A DNA stretch of 64,000 bases from Actinomycetota bacterium (GTDB lineage: Bacteria; Actinomycetota; Geothermincolia; Fen-727; Anoxymicrobiaceae), in the NCBI GenBank assembly GCA_018831265.1, contig JAHJCO010000052.1, positions 22,597 to 86,596 of the forward strand, given 5' to 3'. Shown here one piece after another: positions 63,844-64,000 of the stretch. Under the pieces are notes generated by a model. The model had not been told where the DNA came from, did no database searches, and saw nothing but the letters and a program-made list of their open reading frames with translations. The first letter of the stretch is position 1. Each line of letters starts with the position of its first letter. The position numbers and the translations under genes were made by a program.

Positions 63844-64000
63844 CTAGTACATCCAGAACCCTATCGAATCGTGCGCCGCCTGACGGTACACGCCTGTCAC
63901 GGGCATCCAGTACATCGCCCTCTCGGCAATGATGGGCTGGTCGGACGTCACGGTGGTGGAAACGCTGAACGCATTCGCGACCGCGGGCGTGCTGGCGATG
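63844..64000 (-). CDS. 3' end of another member of the modular secreted-protein family (5' part lies beyond the window)
   Basis: The minus-strand translation ends ...DQPIIAERAMYWMPVTGVYRQAAHDSIGFWMY* with a TAG at about 63844. This is a module end motif and is not in the ORF track because it runs off the edge. Confidence 0.5.
   Translation of the reverse strand, partial: IASTPAVANAFSVSTTVTSDQPIIAERAMYWMPVTGVYRQAAHDSIGFWMY

Noticed and set aside
1-64000. tRNA, rRNA, tmRNA, riboswitch and integrase or transposase genes
   Set aside because: Intergenic regions were scanned by eye for cloverleaf-compatible segments and conserved riboswitch cores. None were convincing. No recombinase ORF accompanies the MITE-like elements in this window.

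Overview
This is a 64-kb high-GC (about 65%) chromosomal segment. It reads as bacterial: Shine-Dalgarno sites, lipoboxes, MacB/FtsX transporters, vapBC pairs, and SECIS-like hairpins directly downstream of the in-frame UGA codons. No rRNA, tRNA or CRISPR array was found.

The 5' end carries an anaerobic redox cluster:
- Two tandem HdrA-like flavoprotein genes, each interrupted by an in-frame TGA at a conserved Cys position, so probably selenocysteine. The first is fused to an MvhD-like domain.
- A MoaD/ThiS-like protein, a tungsten-type aldehyde:ferredoxin oxidoreductase and a poly-ferredoxin.

The rest holds ordinary metabolism and transport:
- Crotonases, a B12-binding radical-SAM enzyme, two vapBC pairs, two MacB-like ABC systems and an ABC-2 exporter.
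- A corrinoid methyltransferase module (DUF1638 + MtaA-like + corrinoid protein).
- An RdhA/QueG-like Fe-S protein followed by a small membrane-anchor-like gene.
- PolX, a PAS histidine kinase, an M24 peptidase, SCP2, TetR, SDR, flotillin, a CrtC/AttH-like protein, MFS, GNAT, cupredoxin, a Cys-type sulfatase and an ECF sigma-like protein.

The most unusual content is a paralogous family of at least eight very large secreted proteins (five full-length, one 3'-partial, one fragment, plus a 4-module BNR-head variant):
- Each has a different N-terminal head: BNR/Ycf48-like propeller, putative hydrolase, or roughly 47-aa and 50-aa propeller-like repeats.
- Each ends in the same block of four copies of an uncharacterised ~105-aa module, with motifs WYLAEG(S/T)T-WGFET(W/Y)xL(V/I)QNPN ... 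(I/V)AERAMYW and a conserved tail GTDTIGG(F/Y)xD.

The intergenic space is filled with two families of small palindromic elements:
- MITE-like elements with GGGGTCAGGCAC terminal inverted repeats.
- Hairpins centred on CCTCAGACC, many sitting between convergent genes as bidirectional terminators.

Coordinates of internal starts were derived arithmetically from the ORF track and may be off by a codon.
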